A DNA stretch of 64,000 bases from positions 14,570,001 through 14,634,000 of the forward strand of contig NC_135262.1 of assembly GCF_964204865.1 (NCBI RefSeq), in the 5' to 3' direction. A program made the position numbers and the translations under genes. The stretch comes from Styela clava (Eukaryota). The notes under the pieces are model-generated. The model was not told the DNA's origin and searched no databases. It saw only the letters and a program-made list of their open reading frames with translations. The first letter of the stretch is position 1. Every line of letters begins with the position of its first letter. Of the stretch, positions 1 to 12,542 are shown piece by piece.

Positions 1-3000
1 AGTCTGATATATCATGTCTTGGATTATTAACAACAATAATATAAGCAAGAAATATTGCTTTGAATGGTTCCAATACAAACACATTCTGAATTATTCCACT
101 CAAAAGTGATACCAACCTGAATGAAGCGAAAACAAGAAATTAGCATTGCATTCATGACTTGAACTAAGAATTTACAGAGCTTCAGCTTTCAACTCATAAA
201 CAATTCATACTTGTTTGTATCACATATTTATTACCATTGTTTAGAAATATGACTTCCATATGTCATTCCATACATCAAACTGAGCACAGAAGATCCAATG
301 ATAATAATAGTAATTAATATCCAGGCAAAATAAATACAAAACCAAGGTAATGGTTTAAAATCAACAGAATCAGGATCAACATCCATGACAGTAACAACTT
401 TTGATCGATGATGAGCTTTTCTGAAAAATGAATAAGGGATAAAACTCAGAGTTTTTTTTTTAAATTGCACTTACTGAAACGAGATGTTACCTCTTTTGTT
501 CTTGCAAATCTGCATCTCCGTGAAAACCAGCAGAAGGTAAAAGCAGTTCCCTTCCATCATATTTTATTTGTTGTTTTCTTTTTCTCTTGTTTTGATCTAA
601 ATGCTTACTTTTTCGGAGTTGAATTTTTCTGTCTTTATCAATAATTTGTATTTTGGATGATTGTTGTATTTTACTGTCTGAACATGTTATTTTCTCATAG
701 TTGCTTCTATGTGATGATGTCATACTGTGATGTCTTTTAGATTTTAAATGTCGAAATCTTGGAACACTTAAATCCATGTTATTCAGCTCTCGATGTCTCA
801 AAAGATGTCTTGAAGATGTCAATGTTCTATGACTAAACCTTCGGGATGAAATCCTTTGTTGAAGATCAAAATCTGATATTGATGATGTAATAGTGTCATA
901 GTTACTTGTGTTGCAATGGTGATATCTATGATGTTGTCGAGATTGTCGAAATATCACAGACACAATGTAGGTCGCAGGAAAACATAAAATACTACTTTCC
1001 AATCCTGAAAACAAAAGGAATATTAGTAAATCAAATAATAATTTAATAAAGTATTTTTTGTAAAACTTGTCAAATTGGACAAAACCTCCAGTGTTAGATA
1101 TAGGCTTATTTTATAGCAGTTCACATGATTAATATTTATTAGATTGTGTCTGACATCTATGACACACAGATGTGAAGCTATGTTAGAAATCATCAATGTC
1201 AGTCTGTATAAATCATCAACTCACCAATAGCAATATTTGACCATTTGAATGAATAATATCCCAGATCAATACTAAGAGAGGCTTCAAGTCCATAAAACAT
1301 GAGAGAAGTCAACATTAACATGAATATAAGGATTGAACAACAAGCAACGCGTTGAGTACGAGACATGTCATGTTGTGACCATGGACGCATCGCAAATAAT
1401 GAATACCAGAGATGTCTAAAAAATAACAGAATGCCAGATAAATTGACACAATTTAGTGCTGTAATATCAACACATGAACTCACCTGTCTTTCAAATAATT
1501 TTCACTTTTAATTGTGAACAAACTTTTAAATGAATGAAGATGTTTGATAGTGGCTGCATGAACTTCAATATCAATTTGACATTCTCCCATATGATAATCT
1601 GATAGCCAGGTATTCACAAGAAAAAACCAACATTCATTTGTTTCATAATCTCGAACAACAAGACGATCAATGTACCTGAAAAGCATTCCTCAGAAATTTC
1701 TTACCTGTTCACACATTGCTGTCTCGTATGTCGGCTAATAGGGTATTGGCAACTGGACACCAATTTCATACTACAAAGCTGATATTTAACAGTGAATTTG
1801 GAAGTTTATTAGTGTTCAGTTCAAAAAGAACTGATTTATGTGGTAATTATGCTAGCTAATGTGGACCAAGCTTGGGATGTCAGATGTAAATGAAATTTAG
1901 GAGAGCATTGTCTGTGGAACTTGGCCTAAATAATATTTACATTCTTACAGTGTTGGTGATTTCATGTTTCTCTAGTACAAGTGCTGTATAATTTAATGAA
2001 TAATTTTTTCAGCCACTTGTCAATATTGAAAATATCATACCATTCAGGACTTGTACCTTCATTACCATGCCATAATCTAACAGTAGTAATATCACCAAGA
2101 CATCCAGGTGTTGTAATAAGAAATGTAATAACACTTCCTTGTAATAAAATTCTTTCTTCTTCACATTTCTAGAAGATTATTACAATTTAATGGTTACAAT
2201 GAAAAACCGTGTGAATGTGAACAAACATAGTGATAATTTATGATAACAAAACCACAAATACATAAATATGATTATTGCTCTCTTTACATTACTTGGGAAA
2301 CTGAAACCAAACAGTAATTTTCAAAATATCAAGAACACACATGCAACTCCCCAATAATAAACAATATGACATGTTCAACATAATTTGAAAAACGAAAAAC
2401 TATATAGACTCCTAAATAGTTGGTCATTCAAAATATCAATATTTTTTTCTTCAATGATTCTTTTTGTATCTTAAAAATATCACCTACCTACCTGTAATAT
2501 ATGAACAACACCTTTATCATTTGATCCATTAATTTTAACAACAACAGTGGATGAAGGTCCAGATCTACGACGATTCCCAGTAAATATTGTAAGTAAATAT
2601 CTGTAGTGTTCATTTGGAAGATTGTCGCTCACTTCTATGTAAGAATGCTGTTTAAACATAAACAGATGATAGGCATGAGACAAGTGTATGATCACATAGA
2701 TCAGTTTTTCCCAAATTTTGTTCGGTCGCTGACCCCTGCTTTATAATCTTGTTTTTGACGGACCCACATTCTATGCCTAACAATCGAGAAAGAGTAATGT
2801 TTCATTTACATCATAAAAACATGAACGATATTAATGTGTTGAATGAGATTGCTTTCGACTGCACTATTTATCAATTGTCATAGCAATTTGTGACAAGCAA
2901 ACTCGTAGGTCCAACTCTACGGCAAGTCTCAACCTATATTTTTACATCAAATTGGTAAAAGATGAAAATGCTGCCTCACACATGTAGATTTTTTAAATTG

Positions 3001-6000
3001 CCCTCTCTGACATTAATTTTGTCAGCAAGTTTTGTCTACAACGTTCCAAAGAAAAAAAACAATGGCTTTAAATCAATCATTAGAGATCCATTAGACTTAT
3101 TTAATATCGTCGCAGACCCCCTGTGCATTCATCACGGACCCACAGGGGTCCGCAGACCCCAGTTTGGGAAACCATGACATAGATTGATTCCTTTGAAGAT
3201 ACAAAATGTTTGGCCAAATCAAAGTCACACCTCAGTAAAATATACTCACAAAATCCATATCAGTTTTATCTCTCCATCTTGCCCAAAACAAAACCGATCC
3301 AAATACTAAATACATTCCAAATACTGTTAGAAATATGATTGGATTGTCATAAAATTCCTCCCATAAATTCCAGGATACCTTAACAACAAAGTAATCTAAT
3401 GTGAAGAGCATAGGTTTATGTCAACGATTTCATGGTCATAATTTTCTGAAAAAACTATATGTAACTTGATTGAACAAAAATATTTTAAAAAAATGGCCAC
3501 AGGTCAATCGTGGTTGATCTGAGTAACATTATGTGAATTAAATACCAACAAATACTTTAGTTAAAATCAAAAGATTAATTAGGGATCTTTTGTTCAATTT
3601 CCAGAGCAGGACAACTATTACAGCAAAATGTTTCTGATGTATAGATAGGATCTATGGAAGAAACATAGCAGAAGTTAAAAAAACCAAACAACTTACCTTG
3701 GTAAAATCAATTTTATTTGGATAAACAATTAATCTTGATGAAAATAAATTTGGTGAGGAAATTTTTCTCGTTCTTGAAAATGTTTGAGAATCACATTCAC
3801 ACCAAGTCCATTTGTCTAGTGTTGAAGTCAGAGTGGCCTAGGAATAGAAAAATGTAATCAGCTGAAAAAAATTGTCCTAACTCCCAAACCAAAATGTTTT
3901 ACAATTACAAACCTTACAACCATCACTATTCCAATCATTAATCATGTCATCCCAGAATGTACACTTTGGGGCATATGTCAATATTTTGAAACTCACTGGT
4001 TGGGTAGATTGAGTCTCTATTGTTAAATTGAAAATTGTATGACCTTTCAGGATAGGTATTGTCCAAGTAAATCCACCTTGAGATGCAAATTCTGTGAGAT
4101 GATAAATTAGGGTGAATTAACTAGGTGATAACTTCCTCTGCTAACCATGTCTATGCATTTGAAATATTTACCTGGTAAGCTACAAGCAAATAACGCTGGT
4201 TCTGTGGTTCATATTATTTTTTAAGCCATATTATTGGCATTTTATTATCCAGGGATAAAAATATATAAATACTATCCTATTCAATGGCGAATCAAAAGAT
4301 GATTTCCAGACATTTTTCACAAAATAGGAAAGTAACATAAGACTTTTGACTCAACAGAGCTTTAAAGAACTATCCTTTGTTGATTATGCTTCAAGATTGT
4401 AATATATCATTTAAATTGAAGGGCCTATTTTAAACATATATCTAAATTGAAAACGAAACAAAATTTATGACTACCTGTTTCATTGACAATTTTTTCAAGT
4501 TTGAACCGATCCATTTCCAGAATGTTACTTTCTTGTAAAGTTAATTTCACTTTTGCAGCTCCCAAAACATCATTTGAAATTATTCTTATTTTCAAAGCTA
4601 CATTTTCATGAGGACCTTCCACAACAATTGGTAAAAATCCGCTCCATAAACCTTGTTTTGTTTCGTTCAATTTTACATTAAAATATTCAGGTTCAGGTTG
4701 ATGATTTAACAAACCATATTTTATTGGTTTTGTCAAGGAAAATGTTTTTGTTTCTGATTTTATTTTTCCTGGAATTTTGTGAGATTTTGACAAAGTTATT
4801 CCAACTACTTCATCTGCTTTGTTTGATTTTGTGTTAAATTTTGTGTTTGAAGAGTTGAATCTGAAAACCTGGCAAATATATTGAAATAGTTTACCAAATG
4901 TCATCCATATTACACCATCATCCTCAACCATCTAAACATATTTTTGTTACCTGTATATTCAATAATTCATTATCATCAACATCTGTCCCTTCAAAATCTC
5001 CAACTTTGATTTGTACCTCATCGTCAGCTAAAGTCAAATCTATTGAATCGAAATAGACAAATTTCAAAATGTATTTGAAATGCAAATAAATTGTTGTGTC
5101 TCAAAAATGTTGTTTCCCACTTATCGCCATTTTAATATATTTGTCCCACTTCACCACATTTGGTTCACACTTGGTTCTAAATTAGGGTGGACATATATAT
5201 CAGCGCAAATGGTTGAAGTAAGCATACATAGTGGGATTTGTGCCATGTTCTGGTTTAGTATATATATATATTATTTTGGTACAAATTTAAAGTAATCATA
5301 TAAAATTAGATTCATACAATTGGGGCACGTCATCGTTGAGACACCTCTCAATTAATTGATTTAGTAATATTCGCGGCAAGACAAATTACCATAATCTATA
5401 TTTTTTACAACACAATATAACATAAAAAAGAATAACTCACTTTCACTTTGTTTATATCGCACAATACTAGTATCCACAGATCTTGTTTTAATCTTCAATA
5501 TTTCATCTCCAGGTAGAATTGCTTCAAGCATTTCACGACTTAAATCATCAACTATTGTTGTGAGAGTTCGATGGTTGGATGTTGTAGTAACCTGGAATGT
5601 AGAACTAGGGCTATGTTTCAACTATCCCTGAATCAGTAAATCTTGACTCGAAACATAGTTTAGTAAAAATTGTGTATTCATGGAGTCTGAACCTTTGCCT
5701 GGAACTCTTTTTAAGCATAAAAAAAAATAGGAAATACTACAACAATTTTCAACATTCCAATAAATAACCAAATAACTTGTGTAGTTTTAAAATTCTTGGA
5801 TCTCACCTCACTTTCACTCATTCTCTGCATAATATTGGATGAAACAAGCAATGATGTTTTAACAACTGATGAAATAGAATCAATTGATGAATCAATATCA
5901 TTATGTATCCAGGTAGATACATCAGATAGTTTATTTATGAGGTTTGCCTAGAAAAATAAAAAATATATCAACAGGTTGAAAGCATTTGAAATTAAAATAA

Positions 6001-9000
6001 AAAGTAAATTTAAAACAAAACTCATATTTTAAGTAGTTGCCAACATCAGATGATGAGCCATACATGCACTTATAATTATCCTATTGCCTTTGAAGATTTA
6101 GAGTACATTACAGAGCAACATTAGTAGTATTTCATCAATGAAATTTTGTTTAGATTTACATTTACCTGAATAGTGTCATCCAAGCTCTTGAAATCCTCTG
6201 TTGTAACTTGCAGAACATCTGTAGTTTGTTTCACTGATTCAGTTGATGTAAAAATTGAATTCAATGCAAAATTCAATATTTTCTTTTTCTGAAATATGAA
6301 TAATATGTTTGATTGAGAAAAACATTAAGTTTGATTTATATCCTCATATCATTACTGAGATTCTTCGTCTCTAAAACGTGCATATCCAAAGAATTTGATA
6401 TGACTAAATATTCTACACAATAGATGTGTTTTGGTCGGAAGCTGAAATCACGTAAGAAATTATTTCTATGTACTCTAGAACTGCTATCTAACTTACCAAG
6501 TTCATAGAAAAATCAGGATTCTTTGATAATGATGAAACAAATTGAGCAACTTTTTGTGAATTATCGGATTTTATTGCATTTTCAAGTACTTGTTTTAAGC
6601 TCTGAGATTCTGCTGGAATTTTGCTTTTTTCTACTTGTATTGGGAATATATGATGTGAACACGAACCAGCAGAATTACATGTTTCTGCTTGTATTTGAAT
6701 GTAACCAGGTGGAAGAATTAAATCTGTCATTTGAGTTTCATAACCATATTGTAGAAGAGACGTGGATTCTAAAAAAAACATAAAATTAATAAATAAAAAA
6801 TCTACTCTACTTTTAGCTTGTTTTCCAGGTTTGCCACGAAGAGAAAATACCCAAGTTTTGTGACATTAAATATAGCAATCAGAAATCGCATATACTTCTT
6901 TAGAATATAAAAGAAAATGGCCTATTACATATATCTGATATTCTAGTACAAGTTTGTGAATCTGATTGATATTATCTGAAAGTGTAAAGTGAATGGTCAC
7001 CACCACATATTTATCTCGTGACTATGAAAATATTTTTCAATATCTTTCGAAATATTACAGTATAAGAATTACCTCCATCAATCAAAGAAAACTTGATCAT
7101 GAGTCTTTCATAAGATGAGCATGTCAAATTAAAACTTGTGATGAATCCGAATCCAGTATTAGGTTGATATGAACATTTTATTGCAGATGGAGGTTGAATA
7201 ATGTGGGTTTTGATAGTGATTGATGCATTTTGACCAACTTCATCAAAACCTTAAATAAGTAAACATTATTATTAATATCTAAAGTTTTGTCGATAAGGGG
7301 GAAATAATAATTAACAATATCACAATACCTATTCGAGGATCACTAAAATTATTCGTATATCTAAACATCAGAGATTTAATCCACATACTATGTTTAACTC
7401 ATATGACGACTGAAAATAGATGAAAGAAAAAGGTAGTTACTAATGATAACATGGGAAGCATTAAGTTCAAACTACTAATTAACCTGTAGCGGTGATAAGA
7501 ATAGCTTTTGTTGAATTGATTTGCTCTAAGGAAGTAGATTCCACTTTACAAAACTCTTTCAAATCACAATCACTCAACTTTCCAAATATTGTATTCCATT
7601 TGTATCGCACGCATGAATCACATTGGATTTGTAGAATCAAAGGTTCTTGAGGTTTCAATACTTTTTTGCAATTCACCCAACATCTGTAATGAGATATTTA
7701 ATCAGAGAACAAAACAAACAACACGAAGCAACAAATAAAAACAAGATAAAAATAATACACTCACAAAATATTCAAACTTGGAGCAGGATGTGATAAAATG
7801 AGAACTTCTTGATCAGTAAAAACATCTTCATATCCAGATAAACTAACAAATAATCTGATGTAAAATTTATTTTTTATTTTAGTTTCATCAACATTGATTT
7901 CAACTTTTGTTTGATTTCCTACAAATGATGGATTCCAACCAAAACATGATCCCTTATGTTGAAACATTCCAATATGTTTATCAACAGGTAAATCTTCAAT
8001 ATTTAAAGAGCAAAACCAGTCATATTGTTGATCTTGAATATGTGGATTCAGTGAACAAGTTCCATCAAATGATATTTGAGATGTGTTGTGGCCTAGTAAA
8101 TAGGGAATAAAATCATTCATCAAAGGCTGAAAAGCAATAGAATTCGGAATGAAGCATGAAATATGTTTAGTCCGTGTAAGAAATTCTTTCCACATAATAT
8201 GTTGACTTCATTGTTAGGAATATCATCCAAATCTTAATACAATTCATTCAGTGAGTGACAAATAGCAATACAAAAAAAAAATTCAATGGTTTCCATACCT
8301 ATTTCTCTCGATGTTCCCACACATATTTGTGCATTCAATTCAATCCTTGGTATTTTAATTGATGTAAAATCTTCAACTTGTTGAATAAGAATTCCACTGT
8401 TGCCGACTTGAGTAACAATAACTTGAATAATATAAAGTCCAGGATCAATCATCCATGGTCTGATATTAAGTTCATTTGTCTCTATCACTAAGTTTTCAAA
8501 TAGAATTTCATTTTCTGGTTTTGTTGTCAGGGTCTTCACCTATAACAAAAGTGATAGATAAGGTTGCGGGACAAGTAACATGAAATACCCTATTACAGTA
8601 AATGGAAAAACTTACAATGAGTAAGTAAGAGACAACCAATTTGATATAAATACGTTTCTAACTAAAGTCCTCATTTAATTTTTAGCAATAAATATGAGAA
8701 TTACAACTAACCTAATCGTTTCACACAATATTTAAGTATTAATAATTTATATGCCTTAGCATCAGATAACTTACTTTATATATTTTCCACTTATACTTTA
8801 TTTCATCTGTATTAGGAATGTCACATTCCATATCAATATCTGCGCTCAATAAAATCGGTGATTTTCCATGTAAACTTGATCTCACAAATGATCGAGAACT
8901 TCCATCTCGAATCTTTACTTTCCACAAGCACACAGTCGCGACAGCGCTCATTACAATAACTGATATTTCATCGCTTAAACTTTGTTTATTGTTTTCAGTT

Positions 9001-11080
9001 GTTACTTTTGCAGTTATAATGTATGTCCCAGGCTTGGTAAAGAGATGTGATGTGTTGTATATTTTATATTCAGCTGCATCGAATGGAATTTTTAATTCCG
9101 ACAATTTGCTTTCAATAATTTTGAATGTACTATGTGACGACACTTCTTTTTCTGCAATCACGTTATCATTGATCGAAACTTTTACATCAAATGTTCCACT
9201 GCTTGTAATTTTATAAAAAACAAGTATTATCGCATGATTTGTAGTGAAAATCGGCAGTGATGACGTCACATACACGTCGTGTACTAGAGGAAAACTTTCA
9301 ACAGGTCCCATCTCCGACGTCACTTCCCCCAAACTGTTATTCGCTTTCACGAAAATATCGAACATTCCTTCAAACGGAACAGACATTTCTAAAATAACCT
9401 CCCTACATTCTTGAGGATTGCTGCAAAATGCACTCGTAGTTGCTACATCTCTGTTATCTTGTTTATTTTTTAGATTAGCCTTGATAAACGCAGGACTCCC
9501 TTCATATATGAAAACTGTAACAGAAAATGTTGTCGGTTCAAGGTCAATGTATTTTATTGGTTGAATGTTTAGAATGTTGAGTTTCTCACAGAAGCATATC
9601 TTAAAGGTGTAGTTGGTAGCTGAGACATCGTTTTCTAGGACGAGGAATGCGTAATGTGCACCTGGCCCTAGTTTGTCCTGGAGTTCAATTGGAAATTGAA
9701 ATACCATGTGTATGTTGGAACGATACTGTAGAAGTTCTTCACTGTAACTAATTTTTTTAGTAAGCACATACTCACTAAGCTCAGGAAAATATAGATGATA
9801 TGTCACAGTGTAAAGGAACGGCAGATCAACAGTTAGGTTGAAGTTGTTTGTATTTGACATGCAACGTTGCAATTTCAACTTGTTTCCCAGTAAAATACTG
9901 CTGTTTACTAAATTATCGTAGACTACAAAGGTTGGATTAGCATCTATGAATCCAATGTATTTATTCTCATTCAAATAGGTCATTTGACATTGAATGAGAC
10001 ATTGCTTTTTGCCAGATTCCATAAAAAATAATTCGACAATATATGATTCCTTGGATATTTGAAATTTTTTTTTTTGATGATCCACTTGCAGAAGACAGTC
10101 ACATTCAATTTCTTCAGGAATGCTTTGAATGTAAACTTTCATATATTGCTTCTTCCCGGCAATGCCAAACTCTTTGAAAATTGTGCTTATATCTGACAAA
10201 GGAATTATGAGCTTGCAAACAGACAGTAACCTCTAAATTCATCCTACGTATTTCTGATCATATCAACACCATTCCAAATGTAATAATAGAATTTTCACGT
10301 TCACGTGAATGTTTGTTTTGTATAGATATATTGAGGCCGCCTCCTCTGAGTGCAAATAATACATTTTAGTGACCAATAGAATTCAAGAAAATTACACCGA
10401 ATAAAATTGAAACAAAATCAGAGGCTTTTGCTGCCTATATATCTTGAAAATTCGTTTGAGTGGAACGAACAAGCGATAGGTAGGAATGTCCTACAGACCT
10501 TCGACGGGAAGATTTTAAATTTGAGTAGATATCCATGTTATGATACAATTGCAATAAATCATTGCTTTTCAAAGTCAAAGTTAAAATTATAAATCGTATC
10601 AGATTTTATTTAGCACTCATTTAGTGGACAGGACTTTTAATTAGTCTGAGCCCTGAGGTACTGAGTATACTGACTATGATATATGACATATTTTATTCAC
10701 TCACTCGGGAAGACGTAGAAAAAAGCAACGCCTCGTCCGCAAGTATTCTCTACGGCGTCTACGCCATTGAAGGTCAGGGAGAGTTTTTTCGTCGAATGTA
10801 AAATGTAAGCAGTTTCTTGTTCACAAAGACTTATAGGCAATAGACCATGATGATCTACAACAAGTTGAGCCTGTGCACATCTGTATTTAATCGGTTTTAT
10901 TAATTATTGAAAAATACCCAACTTAAAAAAATGTTAATGGAGATGGAACTCACGAGGGTATGTCAAAGTCCATGAATTTTATTATCACAGGTGACTGAAC
11001 TGATGCATTAAATATCCAAACAATTGACTGTCGTCCCGAGCACTGCGGATAATTAGGCGAATAGAGATGTCCAGAACCAA
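1..11080 (-). CDS. Polycystin-1/PKD1-like (REJ-family) membrane receptor, multi-exon, 3'-truncated by the window edge; putative s-Themis-like sperm allorecognition receptor
   Basis: Hand-spliced, phase-consistent GT-AG exons (5'->3'): 11080-10954, 10880-10705, 10192-8775, 8539-8299, 8092-7765, 7683-7484, 7249-7073, 6768-6497, 6288-6166, 5947-5807, 5591-5441, 5039-4951, 4868-4475, 4091-3913, 3837-3697, 3378-3250, 2647-2492, 2168-2041, 1675-1484, 1415-1225, 1004-491, 420-235, 116-<1. Motifs: CUB (SGHLYSPNYP..W..KFMDFDI); REJ (ISFDGTCSLNP, CWVNC..PLILQIQCDSC, QPP..KCSYQPNTGFGFITSFNLTC); GPS (CTFWD..WNSDGC..CEC); TM1 (NPIIFLTVFGMYLVFGSVLFWARWRDK); PLAT (YLLTIFTGNRRRSG, LGDITTVRLWHGNEGTSPEWYIDRLVVRD, WFFLVNTWL); polycystin HLWYS..SRTQRVACC and LPW..LEPFK segments. 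Confidence 0.93.
2702..3176. mobile_element. Non-autonomous hAT-type MITE in the PKD1-like TM1-PLAT intron
   Basis: TIRs cagtttttcccaaa / tttgggaaaccatg; perfect 8-bp TSD ACATAGAT (2694-2701 and 3177-3184). Confidence 0.88.
8775..10192 (-). CDS. Large (1418-nt) extracellular exon of the PKD1-like gene; beta-rich PKD/Ig-like repeats leading into REJ
   Basis: 486-aa ORF containing PKD-like strings (EGMFDIFVKANNSLG, HLFTKPGTYIITAKVT, VLENDVSATN) and ending YKWKIYK|gtaagt. Confidence 0.9.
10705..11080 (-). CDS. Two exons encoding a CUB domain at the N-terminus of the PKD1-like protein (absent from the ORF track)
   Basis: Exon 11080-10954 (ttcag|..|gtgagt, phase 1->2) plus exon 10880-10705 (tacag|..|gtgagt, phase 2->1) give GSGHLYSPNYPQCSGRQSIVWIFNASVQSPVIIKFMDFDIPSCAQAQLVVDHHGLLPISLCEQETAYILHSTKKLSLTFNGVDAVENTCGRGVAFFYVFP. 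The phase-1 end fits the acceptor cctttgtcag| before 10192. Confidence 0.88.
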
Positions 11081-11138
11081 CTGAAATTTTTTTTTCTGCA
11101 GATATATAAAATACTTAAAATACGTGATTGCTGAAGGG

Positions 11139-12410
11139 ATGATTAGAAATACAGCAACGTTTTTGGTGATTATATTTATAGTTCCGTTCGCTATATGCCA
11201 ATGGAAAAACGCCGCCCTGGGAGACGATTCCTCCCACATTACATTCACCGCTTTAAAAGATCAAATAACATTAATGCTTCATCTTGTGGTGGATCTTGAA
11301 AAAGTTATTATAGAGTCTAAAGAGAGAAATAACGCAACGAATCAGCTTGAAATATCAATAATTCATTCGAATGGAGATGTATTTAACGGTATGTTGCTTT
11401 CAGTATTCTGAGTACTATACGTAGACCCAAATCTAATTTTTTGAACCAATTTAAAACTAGGCATAACAATAATCGGGCACACAAAGCTGTCTACATAAAA
11501 TTGTTTTAGATGAGATACAATATAATCCTAAAAATAGATTGGAACATGGATATGTAGCCGTCATTGCGGATTATTAAATGTACACTATTTGCGTAAAAAT
11601 ACCCGAGCTACATATGTGTAAAAGGCTACACCAGTATTTCACGAAGAAGATTTATATAAATGCTGTCCCCTTGCTCCAACGCGTGTTTCTGGAGAGTGAT
11701 AATCGTACACATTTTTGCATTAAGATTGCAACGAAATATTCAACAAGGGATACACGCAATCCGGTGTATATATGATTCAGATTTTTCATGGCTTTTATCA
11801 AATGCCTATATTTTGTGACATGCAGCTACCTGGAGTATTTTCGGGAAAAAGAGGCTGGATGACAATTCAAACAAGAATGAACGGAGAAGTCAATTTTGAT
11901 CGTAGCTGGAATGACTATTTACATGGTTTTGGGTTTCCAGATAGAGAGCATTGGATAGGTCTCCGAAATATTTTGAGAATTACGAAACAAAAGAGAGTCG
12001 GGAAATTTGGTATCAGAAATTTAGCCTTCCGCATTGATGTGGAAGACTGGGACGGTGTTACTGGATTCATGGAGCATAGTGATTTCAGCATGTTATCAGA
12101 AGAGTTCGATTTTGAAATATCAGATCTTGGACAATTCAGCGGAACCCGTGGCCTCGGTAGTCACCTAGGCTTCAACGCTCATAAGCCATTCAGTACGTAC
12201 GATCATAATAATGATCGCAGGCGAAATGAAGCATGCGTCAAATCCCAGAGAGGTGGATGGTGGTATGGTTTTTGTAGCCATACAAATCTTAACGGAGTTT
12301 ACTCTGCGCGCAGAGAAAAAATGACAGAAGAAAAAATATTTATCCGAAATTGGGGAAATGTCAATCCCAGAAATACCGCATTTCGATATGTTTCCATAAA
12401 GCTTCAATGA
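11139..12410 (+). CDS. Secreted fibrinogen-related-domain (FReD) protein, 311 aa, two exons; putative v-Themis-like vitelline-coat ligand nested antisense in the PKD1-like gene
   Basis: Exon 1, 11139-11388: signal peptide MIRNTATFLVIIFIVPFAIC, a short helical stretch, donor G|gtatgt. Exon 2, 11725-12410: acceptor tttttgcattaag|. Total 936 nt in frame; the junction reads FNDCNEIFNKGYTQSGVYMI. FReD motifs FCDM, GWMTIQTRMNGEVNFDRSWNDYLHGFG, EHWIGL, FSTYDHNND, GGWWYGFCSHTNLNG. AATAAA near 12445. Confidence 0.92.
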
Positions 12411-12542
12411 ACGATTTTTTGTACTCAATGTTTCTAGATGCTTAAATAAATAAGGATCATTCCTTCCAATAACATATTGCAATATGGGCAATTTCTCATA
12501 TTAAAAAATGAGAAAATTTTAATTCATAATCCAACAGCACAC

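Noticed and set aside
6350-7409. Acceptor-like sites at 7410 and 6442 in PKD1-like introns
   Set aside because: Both run into stops in the required phase, and the flanking exons already join in frame.
8818-9216. 132-aa plus-strand ORF (similarly 6523-6783, 7907-8110, 12165-12491)
   Set aside because: Antisense shadows of real exons with no motifs of their own.
10193-10232. Alternative phase-0 acceptor (gaatttag|AGG) for the large exon
   Set aside because: Poor pyrimidine tract and incompatible with the phase-1 CUB donor; the acceptor before 10192 fits better.
10985-11248. 87-aa minus-strand ORF overlapping the FReD start
   Set aside because: Wrong frame; the CUB exon 11080-10954 is read in another frame and the rest is antisense to FReD exon 1.
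11510-11775. Extra FReD exon after ttgttttag, and ORF 11578-11775
   Set aside because: In-frame stop in the required phase; exon 1 joins 11725 cleanly to give FNDC.
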